From Eledone cirrhosa (Eukaryota), in assembly GCA_964016885.1 (NCBI GenBank), contig OZ024742.1:151528001-151592000 (forward strand): a DNA stretch of 64,000 bases. Reading direction: 5' to 3'. The notes under the pieces are model-generated. The model made no database searches and had not been told where the DNA came from. It was given only the letters and a program-made list of their open reading frames with translations. Below are positions 13,101-26,500 of this stretch, piece by piece (position 1 is the first letter of the stretch; each line of letters begins with the position of its first letter). A program made the position numbers and the translations under genes.

Positions 13101-13331
13101 TACTCAATACTTAGAGTAATAGAGTGGGTAATAGGAAAAAGTTTAACCTTTATGGCAGAGCTCAAGCCGTTTCGACGCCCAGAAACAGCCGTCGAAACGG
13201 CTTGAGCTCTGCCGTCGGAGTTAAACTTTTTCCTATATATATTTTTCATATACACAAGATTTAATATAATTCTAGACCTGTAGAAGCCATTTCTATATTA
13301 AATCTTGTAAATACTCTACTATGTATTGAGT
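13101..13331. repeat. Nested inverted repeats / hairpins
   Basis: ataggaaaaagtttaac..ggcagagctcaagccgtttcgacg pairs with cgtcgaaacggcttgagctctgcc..gttaaactttttcctat (13131-13235); acaagatttaatata/tatattaaatcttgt (13254-13308); tactcaatac/gtattgagta. Confidence 0.85.
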
Positions 13332-13385
13332 ACCTTACTTACTGTGGTTACCACCGAATGAACCCAGGCCTCACACACACACATA

Positions 13386-13462
<77 letters not shown>

Positions 13463-13701
13463 CTCTCTCTATCAGACGTGTGTAACTTCGCGGAGAAGTT
13501 TCCGTTATTTTATGTAAGAAAAAAAACGTGAGTTTTTAGTTAAATTTTATATTATTGTGTAACTTGACCCCCCCTCCGTCTGACCTTCAGGTGGTGGGTC
13601 AACTCATTTTCGCCCCTACAGGGGCGAAATATTCGTTTGAAAAGTGTTTCTCCATCGAATTTAAAAAAAAAAAATATTGTAAAAAAAAGTTTGATTACGT
13701 T

Positions 13702-15600
13702 ATGAACGCTGCGTTCAGCGATAATGGTGGTGGAGAGGCGGTAAGACTACAAAGCTCGCAGTCAACATCGTCTTCTTCCCTAGATACTATAGAGATGGAA
13801 AGACGAAATGAAAATGTAAAAACAAATTCATATCCAAACAACACAAATGACACCAAACAGTTCAATGACAACAAAAATAACAACAACACTAATAATGATG
13901 ATAAAAACAACAATGACAACAACAACAAAGAAAAAAATAAAGACAACACCAATAACACCAGCATCAAAGACAACAACAACACCAACACCAACACCAAGGA
14001 AAATACGAATAATATCAACATCAGTGACAACAAGAATAACAACAACAATAACAACAATAATGACAACACCACCAACACGGATAATTCCACAAAGGAACCA
14101 AAAATCTCCTTTGCACAGGCAGTTCAAAAAAAGGAGGAACTGATATATCTCGACATAACAAATGCCGAACAACTTTTAAAGGACGCTAGGAGATATGTCA
14201 CTTTCGAAAAAAATGGTGCTTTCAGCATCAATTCTCCGGTAGAAATTCGCAAGGAAACTGCTCTCAAAACGATAGTTTTTAGGACAGTTTCCAATTCTAC
14301 CCGAAAACCAGTCCAATTGTCACAGAAAGAAATTGAACTGGTTTTCAAAAATTCAATGAATGATATTGCATTCATTCAAAGAAGCAAACTTTTTGGGAGT
14401 ATTTCGGTACTCATGAAGGATTAATTGACGGCCCAAAATTACTCTGTGTCGCCAATTGTATCCAACCTGTACACCTTTTTCCCTACATACATGGGAAAAA
14501 GGACACAAAAGATCAAAATCACGAGTGTCACACAAAAGGCGACCATATGGTGGATACTGTGCGGCTTCATTAATTTTGATGAAGACAGAATACTGTTAGT
14601 AGGAAAGTCCCCCAGAGATGTATTCAATGGAACTAGCATTGAAGTTCTGGTGCAAATGAGCCCAGAGCGAATAGCTATGATCCCACAACGTGTACTCCTG
14701 GACGGACTCACCTACATAAACTTTTCGGTTGAGGGTAGGCGGCCTTCATGTTACCATTGCTTTAGCAGGGGTCACCTGAGTGCTTCCTGTCCTAAATTAA
14801 TGAATAAAAAAAAGGCTCTTCTGCCGATACCCATCAAAACAACACAACCACCAACACCACCACAACAACAACACCAACACACAAAAATAACCACAACAAA
14901 CACAGTCCCACCCAACCCCACTCCACCTAAAACCACTGCAAAATCACATACAGACACAACAGCTCCCCAAGACATACCCCTCCCCAATCACACAGACGAT
15001 ACAACAGTGAAGACGAGGGAGAACCCCATCGCTCGAAAAAAGAAAGAAAAGACATCATAAAAGCAAAAAAACAGCAAACACTACCACAAACATACAACCA
15101 CCAACACAAACAACAAAAACATCACAAACAAAACCCCCACCTCCTGAAAACAAAATACCTACAACAAAACGAAAGCACACACAAGAACTACAGACAAAAA
15201 CAAACACAACACAAGAAAATTACACTTACACTTACATAAACACTGAAAACAAAACACTAATGGAGACCATCATGAACGACCCTTCGGTGAAAACCGAAGG
15301 GAAAACTTTCGCCCACTCTATTAAAAATAACAAAAAAACTGAACCTAAAACTGATTAGGGTCCCTATAAAAACTTATAGGTCCCTAAAAGAAACATTTGA
15401 GAAGGATGTGGGGAATTCCTGCGTGAAATCACTTAACCGCGTCCTTCTCAAATGTCTCCCCACCCAGACACCCCCATCCCACCAGACCCCACCCCACCAA
15501 ACATCTCCGTCCCCACCCCGCCGGAAACTACCACCCATCCAGACAACCCCTCCAACACCCCCATGGAAATCGTGCGGCCTGGTCCCCAGGAGACGAAGGG
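13702..15600 (+). pseudogene. Tx1 ORF1 (Asn-rich, CCHC knuckle), internal stop at 14422 and frameshifts
   Basis: ORFs 13555..14424 and 14425..15060; VEGRRPSCYHCFSRGHLSASC. Confidence 0.85.
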
Positions 15601-15640
15601 TGAGTGATCTCTTTTCCTCTTTTAACTTTTCAGCACCAAC

Positions 15641-18600
15641 ATGGGCAATATAAGAGTTGGATGTGTGAACGTACGCGGCCTGTGGATGCCCTGGAAACAG
15701 GGCAAACTCTTAAACGACCTCAGGTCGCACAGTATGGATGTGGTACCCATTTGCGAGTCCAGGATCCACAGCGAGTGACAGCTGGCCCCCATCTTCGATG
15801 ACTTTGAGATCTACGCATCTTTCTGTCAACCGGGGGGTGGGGGCGGAGTTGCCGTTTTGCTGCGGAAACACCTGGGCCTCGTAACACAGACGGTACATCT
15901 GGACTCGGAGGGTCGACTGGTGGTCCTAGACGTTGACGGTAGTGAAGGTGGAGCCTTCAGGCTGGTGGCCGCATATGCCCCATCCGGGACACCGCGGCTA
16001 GACTTCTTCAAACGTCTATAGACTTTTCTGGGAACGTCCCGCTCCTTGCTTTCAGTGGGGGGACTGGAATGGAATCCTAGATGCACGTTGGGACTATGTG
16101 GGAGCATGTCCCAATAAAGCGGGGTGTAACAGCCTCAAACAGTTAATCGACCGATTTGACCTGGCCGATAGATATCGACAAGATTTTCCGACTGCGCCAC
16201 TGTGGACGTGGAGTAATCGTAGTGGAACATCTAGATCGTACCTAGATAGGGTTCTAGTTAGAAATAAGGATAGGGACATGTTAAGCTGTCCACAAATGTT
16301 CATGGTTGCCTATTCAGATCACAAACTAGTGACTTGCATGGCCAACCTTGACAGAACCCATAGACAAGGACCCGGCTACTGGAAGCTGAACTTGTCGTTA
16401 CCTACAAGCAAAGCCTACAGTAGACGGATTAGCACTTTAGTTAAACAGCACTTGACAGGGGCGATTGTCAACAACAGATGGTGGTACTCTCTCAAGAGGG
16501 CAGTTAGATTAGACTCGATAGTTTTTAGTAAAGAATTAGCGTTAGATAGAAATAGAACCGAGAAGGAACTGGTAGATAAAGTAGAAGAGGCAATTAGAGG
16601 TGGCAACTTAGCCAGCGTGCTAGCAACGAGAACGGCCTTGGACCAGTTCTTCGAGGCAAAGCATGAGGGCTGCGTTGTCAGAAGCAAAATACGTGCTCTG
16701 GGAAACGAGGGAGCCAAAGCTGTTAGCTGGGTCCGAGTGACGGAGGCAAAAAGTGGCAACAAGTCCACGATTCGGTCTTTGAAGGACCAAAACGGACGCG
16801 TGATACGTGAGCGGAAGCAGATGTGTGCGGCATTTCAGCGGCACTTTGCTCAACTGTTCGGGAGGGGCGGCGCGCCGGGAGGGGCTATGGATTTCGGTCC
16901 ATACCTCGACGGCCTACCGCGACTCTCGGACAGCGAGGCAAAGTTCTGCGAAAAGCCAATTTCAGCCGCTGAGATAGGGGACGCGCTGAGCCAATGCGGC
17001 AAACGCAAATCTCCAGGTCTCGACGGTCTACCCTACGAATTTTACGTAGCAATGCCGGACTTATTCTCCGGTCTCCTGGAAGCGGTCTACTGCAACTGGC
17101 AACAGAACGGGAGAATTCCCAGTTCTGTAACCGGGGCGTGGTCACACTAATCAGGAAGGACGAGAATAAGGGGGATGACATAGGCAACTACGGTCCATAA
17201 CTCTGCTAAACACAGAGTTACAGATTTTGGCCAAGGTGTTGGCAAAGAGGCTGGCGCTTGTCGTCGAGAACTTGGTGAGAGAAGCGCAGACATCCGCAAT
17301 CCCGACCAGGTCCATACACGACAACCTCCACCTCATACGATACATCATAGAGAGCGTAGGGTGTAAACCCGGCTTCGGTGGGGCCCTGATCAACTTGGAT
17401 CAGTCTAAGGCTTTCGATAGGGTTGACCATCGTTACCTGGATGCGGTGCTCGAGGAGGCAGGCTTCGGACTCGTGTTCAGGGGCTGGATTGCTGCAATGC
17501 ACAACAGCAACATCTGCTCAAGGGTCAAGGTGAACGGCTACTTCTCGGAGCCGTTCCATATTACGCGATCCATTCGACAGGGATGCCCTCTCTCCTCCCT
17601 TCTGTACGTACTGACTCTCGAACCACTACTGCGGAAGTTGGAGCTATTGCAGGGCATCCCTCTGGAACCGGGATTGCGGAAAGCGGCGTCGGCCTACGCC
17701 GACGACGTGACAGTAATGGTGTCGAGCGCCTCGCAAATCGAGGAAGTCGGCACCTTACTGAAGGAATACGAAAGTTTCACAGGAGCGAAGCTGAACCGGG
17801 ACGAGTTCATCGGTTTGCAACTCGGATCATGGAGAGGCAAACCGATGCCTTCCGATGGCGTCGTCGGACGCTGGACGGAAGGACAGGTAAAGCTGCTCGG
17901 GGTCTGGTTTGGTCCGGACCTCCAGGTGGAGAAGAACTGGAACGAAGTGACGGCCAAGGTGTTTGCACTCACCCAGAAGTGGGCCGAGTGCAAACTATCC
18001 TTGAAAAGTCGAGCGGAGGTGGCGAACACTTTTATAGCGTCCGCCATCTACTACCGCTTGAGCGTCGTGCCTTGTCCAGCTAAAACGCTCGCCAAAATGG
18101 AGCGCGCGCTCTTCCGATTCCTTTGGAAGAGGCGGGCTCCTTTGGTGAGAAGATCCATCTGCTGCCAACACCCTCCTAAAGGATGGCTGGGGATGCCGTG
18201 GTTGACGATGCGCAAACACGCGCTCAGGCTGCGGCATCTCTACGTATTCCCCACCGGACAACCGGACAACCCGGTGTGTTCGTGAGGCGAGCCTTCCCAC
18301 GACTCGTCTCGCTGACCGAGCTGCAGTCCTGGGTCAAGCAAAGACCGAGGAAAATGGGCGACTTGCACATCGAATGTGCTCAGGCGCTCACAGCCCTCTG
18401 GCAGGCGGACCCGGCGATCAGTGGAGACTCCACTTCGTCATTCTATAGAGGGTTGATCCGCAGCAAATGCGACGACGCGCTCGGTGAAACTCTAGGCGTA
18501 GAGGAAGATGAACTGGCCAGTCTGTTCGGTAGGACCTTCCGCCCGGGACCGATGGACAACTTCCAAATGTCCCTGGCCTGGCAGTGCTACCGAGGAGCTC

Positions 18601-19079
18601 TACCAGTTCGAGACAAGCTCTACAGACATGGGCGCCCGGAGCGGGACCCTGAAAAAAAGATCTGTCCGAAGTGCGTGCGAGACGAAGAAACCGTCGCACA
18701 CGCATTCATACACTGCCCGGGCGTCACTGACCTGTGGGGCTATGTAGAACGACTATTGTCGCGGGTGGGACCAATCCGGTTGACCACCGAGTCCATTGTC
18801 ATGATCAAACCGCCACCCTCCTTCAAAAACGAGGGAGAGGCGGTTTTCCTTTGTGTGATAGCTATGGCGAAAGAGGTTGTATGGTGGACAAGGTTGAAAG
18901 GGCTGAGGTCAGACACCTTTCTTTCCGGCCAACAACTGATTCTTTTTTTCAAATACCACTTTGGAAGAAGAATCAGGATGGAGAGAGAGGTGCTGTACCC
19001 CAGCAAGTTTTATGAAAGGTGGGTGAAAGTGGCGAGAATGGCCCGAGTGAATGGGCCTTCTCTCTATATCAGCCTGTAG
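15641..19079 (+). pseudogene. Tx1 ORF2: APE endonuclease + reverse transcriptase + C-terminal Cys domain, several frameshifts
   Basis: MGNIRVGCVNVRGL start; TWSNRSGTSRSYLDRV, SDHK, GPGYWKLN, KSPGLDGLP, KAFDRVDH, IRQGCPLS, YADD, CPKC..ETVAHAFIHC. Confidence 0.92.
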
Positions 19080-19306
19080 GTTGAGGAAAAGGAGGAGGAG
19101 AGGAAGGGAGTACAAAATCTTCGTACTCCTGGAGATGAGGGTTGCACATTTTTTCGGGGGTATGTGTTACCCATATAAACTGTCTCCCTCTATTGGGGAA
19201 AATCGACTAACTTTTTAAATTGCATTTGTGATAACATTTTACACGTTTTTATTGTATGTAAACTGCCCCCTTTGTATTTTGTGCCCCTGTGGCTAATAAA
19301 GAAACA

Positions 19307-19373
<67 letters not shown>

Positions 19374-19381
19374 AATCTATC

Positions 19382-19456
<75 letters not shown>

Positions 19457-19648
19457 AAGAAAGAAGAGTAACATGGTTTGCTGTACAATAAGGGCTTTAT
19501 TCAAAGTGCTGACAATTGTTTCGTTGATCTGGTGCGTCTAGAGTTCGCTAATCGCTTGATGCTGCGTCAATCGATCTCCAATACGTTGTGTACAACCAGT
19601 CAACTGGCCTACCTCTAATTGGATCACCTATAACGATAACTTGTTATC

Positions 19649-19705
<57 letters not shown>

Positions 19706-19940
19706 TCAGTCTAAAATCTTTTCCTGAGTCCAACCATTTTCGTTGCTATGGCAATGCGGCTGGACTGCCCATCGCTATATTTGATTTGCAAAGCGGCCTA
19801 AACGTATTGTTATTACTCTGGGGGTACTATTCCCTATCGAGTGCTAAAGCTACATACCGAATTTGCATTCGTTATCTTGGCCGCAACCTAAAGCTTCGTT
19901 AATGCTGTACTAAAATGTGTGTATATATATATATATATAT

Positions 19941-20013
<73 letters not shown>

Positions 20014-20285
20014 CACACACAATACATAAAAGAATAAAACTTCTCCCAGTCCCGACTATCGATAGTTTCGCGAGAGAAAAATAAAACACCATTATCAACA
20101 GTTTTCCATAAGATAGCAATGAACCTTTTATTTTTCTCTAAAAACATTTTTTCCGATTCCGCCCTACCCGTTCCTTCAATCTTTCTAATTTCTCATTGAT
20201 TCTTCCTGTTATTTCAAGCGTTAAACTAATATATTCCTTCCATATACTGTATCGATTGTGTTGTCTTTTCTGTTTACCCTTTACT

Positions 20286-20316
<31 letters not shown>

Positions 20317-20317
20317 T

Positions 20318-20422
20318 CCGCCGAGGTTGACTTTGCCTTTCATCCTTACGGGGTCGATAAAATAAAGTACCAGTAATGCACTGGGTAATTGCTGGCCTTG
20401 TGCCTAAAGTAGAAACAATTAT
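20318..20422 (+). mobile_element. SINE 3' half
   Basis: ccgccgaggttgactttgcctttcatccttacggggtcgataaaataaagtacc..gtagaaacaattatt. Confidence 0.8.
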
Positions 20423-20517
20423 TATCGTGAGTCTTATTACTCTGGAGTTTCTCTTGTGCTATCGCAGGTTCATCAAACATACGGTTATATATATCGATAT
20501 ACATACATACATTCATA

Positions 20518-20681
<164 letters not shown>

Positions 20682-20689
20682 ACACACAT

Positions 20690-20729
<40 letters not shown>

Positions 20730-21089
20730 CTTCCTTGTTTGTTCAATATCATATTATTTTCTTGTTTTCTTTTATCACATGCAGAAACTACTGTAGCTTT
20801 TTGAGAATGCATATTCTGAAAAGGATTGCTGTCTTCTCTGAAGAATAGATATGTAACAGTCGAGCGAAATACGATAAAACATTGAATTTCCATTGTTTTT
20901 CGTAGGTTTACGCTAATTATCTGTCAGTTAGATGTCTTATATCACATCTCCTATTTCGGATATATGTCGTGACTTGAGGATTAGTAGCTTTTCTTACACA
21001 TACTCACATCCAAACATACATATTATATCACATCTTTTTTGTACGGTTTTATGCGTTTATACACACAATTGCACACATATATATATATA

Positions 21090-21132
<43 letters not shown>

Positions 21133-21202
21133 CTAGATATATTCACGTATATGTATGTATGTATACATATTATAAATATTATGATATATGTGTATATATG
21201 AG

Positions 21203-21390
21203 GGCGATGGATTGGCAGTATCGGTAGAGGGTCGGATGCCATGCTTTCCAGCATAGTTATGTCCCTTTATGGTCTGAGTTCAAATCCTGCCGAGGTTAAC
21301 TTTGCCTTTCATCCTTACGGGGTCGATAAAATAAAGTACCAGTAATGCACTGGGTAATTGCTGGCCTTGTGCCAAATGTAGAAACAATTA
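21203..21390 (+). mobile_element. Full-length tRNA-derived SINE
   Basis: A box tggcagtatcgg, B box gttcaaatcc, conserved core and gtagaaacaatta end. Confidence 0.85.
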
Positions 21391-21490
21391 TGATATATGT
21401 GTATACACATACACACACACTCTCATATATAGACACGCATTCATATATTTATACATAGGTACATACACGAAAACACGCAATATATATATA

Positions 21491-21534
<44 letters not shown>

Positions 21535-21541
<7 letters not shown>

Positions 21542-22311
21542 TAAAATAACAGATTAAAGTTTAAGCAAAGAATCGCTGCTTTCACCCTTAACGGGATCTT
21601 CTGAAACTAACAAAGTCAATCTGTAAACGCAGAAGTGAATATTTCAAAAAACGTTGCAGCCGGAGGAAGACAGGAAGACGATACTTTGGTTCGTGGAAAC
21701 GTTCACTGGCAAAGAACGGGGAAAAACGAAAATAATACGTCATTATTTGGAGCGTGTTTTCGCGTATGCTTGTGTATGTACGTATTTGGATGCGTGTATG
21801 TATTTATTTAATTTCAATTACCTCTGTATTTTATTTACTTTATTCTTAACTCTGAAGCCGAGAATCATTCGGTTTCCTAGTTAGAATTTTAGTCTACCAC
21901 TTCAGTTTTACCATTTACGTGGTTTTGTCTTTGCGTGCAATTGTTCTCTACGCTCCGCATATGACGTATTATCTTCGTTTTTCCGTTCCTTGCCAGAGAA
22001 CGTCTCTATGAACCACCTAAGAGAATATTAGTCTACGACTTCTTTTATACCATAAACGTGGTTCTGTCTTTGCGTGTAATTGTTTTTCACCGCTCCTATT
22101 AATGACGTATTATTTTCGTTTTCCCCCCGTTCTTTGCCAGGGAACGTTTCCACGAACCAAAGTATCGTCTTCCTGTCTTCCTCCGGTTGCAACGTTTTTT
22201 GAAATATTCACTTCTGCTTTTACAGATTGACTTTGTTAGTTTCAGAAGATCCCGTTAAGGGTGAAAGCAACGATTCTTTGCTTAAACTTTAATCTGTTAT
22301 TTTAATAAATA
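21535..22311. mobile_element. Foldback/MITE-like element with ~220-bp terminal inverted repeats
   Basis: 21535-21754 is the reverse complement of 22091-22311 with few mismatches; arm copies recur at 40905-41295. Confidence 0.8.
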
Positions 22312-22395
22312 TTTGCTCTACGGTTCTTATATATTTGATATATATTTATCCTTATCGAGCCCTCTTTCGATTTTAGTCTTCAAATTTATTATTAT

Positions 22396-22463
<68 letters not shown>

Positions 22464-22556
22464 CCCCTTCCCCTTCCCTTTCCCCTCCCTTAATGACCCC
22501 TTCCAACACCCGATGCATGGGAACTATAAATGCTGAAGCTGACAAAAATCATCGCC

Positions 22557-22610
22557 TGACTTTCCTGATGATTTCTTAAGAATGAAACAGTTCTAGTTCT
22601 GTAGAAGTCA
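22557..22610 (+). ncRNA. Type I hammerhead ribozyme motif
   Basis: Stem I tgac(t)ttc/gaagtca; CTGATGA; stem II ttc-ttaa-gaa; GAAA; stem III cag/ctg; cleavage triplet GTA. Confidence 0.7.
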
Positions 22611-22655
22611 TTTCTATAAGATATTATATATATATAACCATACATACAACCATAC

Positions 22656-22707
<52 letters not shown>

Positions 22708-22792
22708 CATATTTATATACAAACCTACTTACATGCATACACATATACATGTACACTTACAAATTTCTACATACATACATATAGATACTCAC

Positions 22793-22880
<88 letters not shown>

Positions 22881-23559
22881 CTATATACACACATTTAATA
22901 TATACATACAAACACCAAACTGACACATATAATACATACATACATATATACATACATAAATATATACATACATACACACACACGCAAGGTTATAATATTT
23001 TCCTCTTTCCAATACCTGACTTCGAGGAGAGCCAACTTGTAGGAGTTGCGTTGTCTGATCTATGTAAAGTTTTAAAGATATTCACTATTTAACGCAGGGA
23101 TTTGATTACAAGTGTAAAATAAACAGGCCAACAGCATACATTGACAATTTGAGAAAAAACAGATACCGTGTGAGACGCAGTTAACTCGAATTGAATTTGT
23201 GAAAATGTTCTTGCTGAAGGCAGCTAAATCTAAATCAAAACAATAACATTAAGAACAATATTAATATGGACGACAGAACTCATGGTTAATCTAATTTCGA
23301 GGGACATCACCGCCACCACCACCAAAACCCAAACCACCAAAATCACCATAACCACCGCCACCACCACTACCACCATCAACACCACCACAAATACCATCAC
23401 CAAAACAACGACCACCAAAACCAACATCACCACCACCGCCACCATCACCCCGCCCCACCACCACCATAATAATTATTATTATTATCATGTCATCCCTCAC
23501 GGTTGATCTTGTTTCCTGGTTTAGTCGATATTATTATTATTATTATTGTTATTGTTATT

Positions 23560-26500
23560 CCTTGAATCTCAGTCATTGATGTTGGTTAACTGGAAAGTCC
23601 GTTGGATTGAATATCAAGCCACTACCTGCAGCCTCAGATATTCAGGACGTATCGGAGGGTTCTTGCCGTTCCAAGCAAGCATGCCTTTTGAAGCGTTCCA
23701 AAAAGCGTGAAGGGGCCGATTTTCTTTAACCATCCCTGGAAACCTTTGGAGATAGTCCCCAGTGCGCCTATGACAATCGGGATCACTTTGACTTCATGGC
23801 AGTTCCAAATCCTTTTCACCTCCCACTTTAGGTCCTGGTATCGGTTAATTTTCTCCCTCTCCTTCTCTTGCACTCTCGTGTCGAACGGGCAGGCCACATC
23901 CACAATCAGGCACGATCTTTTTTCTTTGTCCACAACCACCAGGTCAGGTCTATTGTGTTCCAGTTTTTTGTCCGTCTGTATCCTAAAATCCCACAGCACC
24001 TTCACCTGACTGTTCTCCATCACCGCCTCTGGCCTATGCTCATACCATTTCTCAGAATGTGGTAGATTGTTTACTTTGCACAGGTGCCAGTGGATCACCC
24101 TGCCCATCACATCGTGTCTCCAGCCCTTATAGTGGGTCTGGGCTAGGTGTTTACACTCGGACACAATGTGAGCCACAGTCTCCTCTCTCTCTCCACAGAT
24201 CCTGCACAGTGGGCTAGCCTCCTCCTTGTAGATATGGTGCTTCAACCACTTCGTTTTGAGGGCCTGCTCCTGCGCAGCCATTAGCATTCCTTCTGTAGCC
24301 TTTTTGAGGTCTCCTCTTCTCAACCAGTTCCATGTCTGTGGATCTCTAAATTCAGTTTTCTCAAAGAAGGTACTATGAAGGGATTTTCCCTTAAGGCTGC
24401 TCTTCCTCCTTGATGTTATTTCCTCCTTGGACATCTCCTGGCCTACTGTCCCCTCCTTCAGTACAGCTCTGAGCATTGGCTCCTTACTATAGGTCACGTA
24501 TTTGTATAGGTTGTTTTTCTCCATCCGAACACAGTCCTCTATGCTGATAAGACCTCTTCCACCCTCAGATCTCCTTAGGTAGAGTCTATCGACATCACTC
24601 CTCTTGTGGAACATGTTGTAGATAGTCAATAGCTTCCTAGTCTTCCTATCCATTTCTTTTTGTTCAGCAACATTCCATCTCAGAATTCCCGCACTGTACC
24701 TAATAATAGACACAGCTCGGGAATTTACTGCGCTTATGGCATTTCTGCTGTTCAGATGTGACTTCAATACGCTCCTTACTCTCCGAATGTATTCAGTCCT
24801 TAACAATTCCTTCATTTTTTTGTTCTTTATGCCATCAGCCTCCAGAACGCCCAAATACTTGTATCCTTCCTCAGAGTCAATTTCCTTTATCATCTCACCT
24901 GTTGGTATCTGGATCCCGTTACTTCTGCTCAACCTACCCCTCCTCATCACAATGACTCCACATTTACCAATACCAAACTGCATACATATATCACTGCTGA
25001 AAATACGGACAGTGTCAACAAGCACATCCAACTCCTTCTCACTTTTCCCGAAGAGCTTAAGATCGTCCATGAAGAGGAGGTGATTGATGGTAAGCTCTCC
25101 CCTTCCCAACTTGTATCCTGCTCTCACTTTTCGCAGCATAATGGTCAAGGGCATCAGGGCAAGGACAAACAACAGAGGGGACAGGCTATCTCCCTGGAAG
25201 ATACCTCTCTTGATCTTCACGCTTCCCAAGGATACTCCAGTTGATGTCAACTCTGTCTCCCAGGACCCCATACTCCTGCCCAGCAACTGTCTGATGTTAT
25301 CTGCCACCCTGAAGATCTCCAGGCTTTTGGTGATCCAGGAATGAGGCACCATGTCAAACGCCTTTCTGTAGTCTATCCATCCCATGGCAAGATCAGTGTG
25401 TCTCCTCCTGCAATTCCCCATTACCATCTTATCAATAAGCAACTGGTCCTTTGTACCACGTGACTTCTTTCGGCATCCTTTCTGTTCGTCCGGCAACAAG
25501 TTGTTTGTGTGGAGGTGATGGTAGATTTCCTCAGACACAATGCTCGTCAACAGTTTCCACATTACGGGCAGACATGTGATAGGTCTATAGTTGGTAACAT
25601 CATTACCCTTGACTCGGTCTTTCATTATCAGAACTGTGGTACCTTTTGTCAACCACTCTGGCACCTCACCCGACACCAAGCAGTCATTGAACATGGCCGT
25701 CAGCTTCGGGTGGAGGGATGTTAAATGTTTAATCCAATACCCCTGCACACCATCTGGGCCTGGTGATTTCCAGTTGGTTAGTTTTTTGGCTTGCCCCTTA
25801 AGAGTTTCAACTGTGATACTCAAATCAGTCTGTTGCTGTGCCTGCTCACCGATCTCCCTCTGTACTGTCTCAATCCACCCTGCCTGGGCATTGTGTCTAA
25901 CATCCTGCTCCCATATTCCTCTCCAGAATGTTTTAGCTTGTTCCGCCCCAGGGATCAAGTCGTTGCCTCTTTCTTTCCCCTCAAGCTGTCCAAACAGCAT
26001 CTTCTGGTTGTTGTCGAACATGCGGTTCTGTTTATACTGACTGACTCTGTTCTCGTATCGCCTGATTTTGGCACTCTTTGCTACAATGCGTTGCTTCAAT
26101 TCCTCTATGATAATATTTAGCTTTTTACTCCTAGTTTTGTATTTTATTTCCAGTCTATTTTTAGTGCCTATGTTTTTTAGTGTCCCATTCAGTAGTGACT
26201 CAAGCTTTCCTATGTCATTTCTCATTTCCTCGATTTGCCCACTCAGTCGCTTCTTCCACCACGGCTCTGCTCTTTCTTGTCTGTTGTTTCCTCTCGCTTT
26301 TATACCAAGTAGTTTCCTCACCGTATTTGCTGTTGCTTTGAGGATATTGTTGCACTGGTGAAGACTCCTCGCCTCAAGGTATGGGATGACTTTGTTTACC
26401 TTAGCTGTTGTTTCTTTTAACTTTTTCCTGTCTACAAATCTTAGGTTCATAGGTCTCCCACTATCATTGTTCAACTCATCTACCACTAAATTTAGGATGT

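Larger units (their letters stand above)
13474..19306 (+). mobile_element. Full-length Tx1/L1-clade retrotransposon, copy B, inserted in (TATC)n
   Basis: 5'UTR, ORF1 (CCHC), ORF2 (APE-RT-Cys), 3'UTR ending aataaagaaaca. Flanked by (tatc)n at 13386-13460 and 19307-19372. Confidence 0.95.

Noticed and set aside
21203-21300. tRNA gene (A and B boxes)
   Set aside because: No cloverleaf, and it continues into the multi-copy SINE body.
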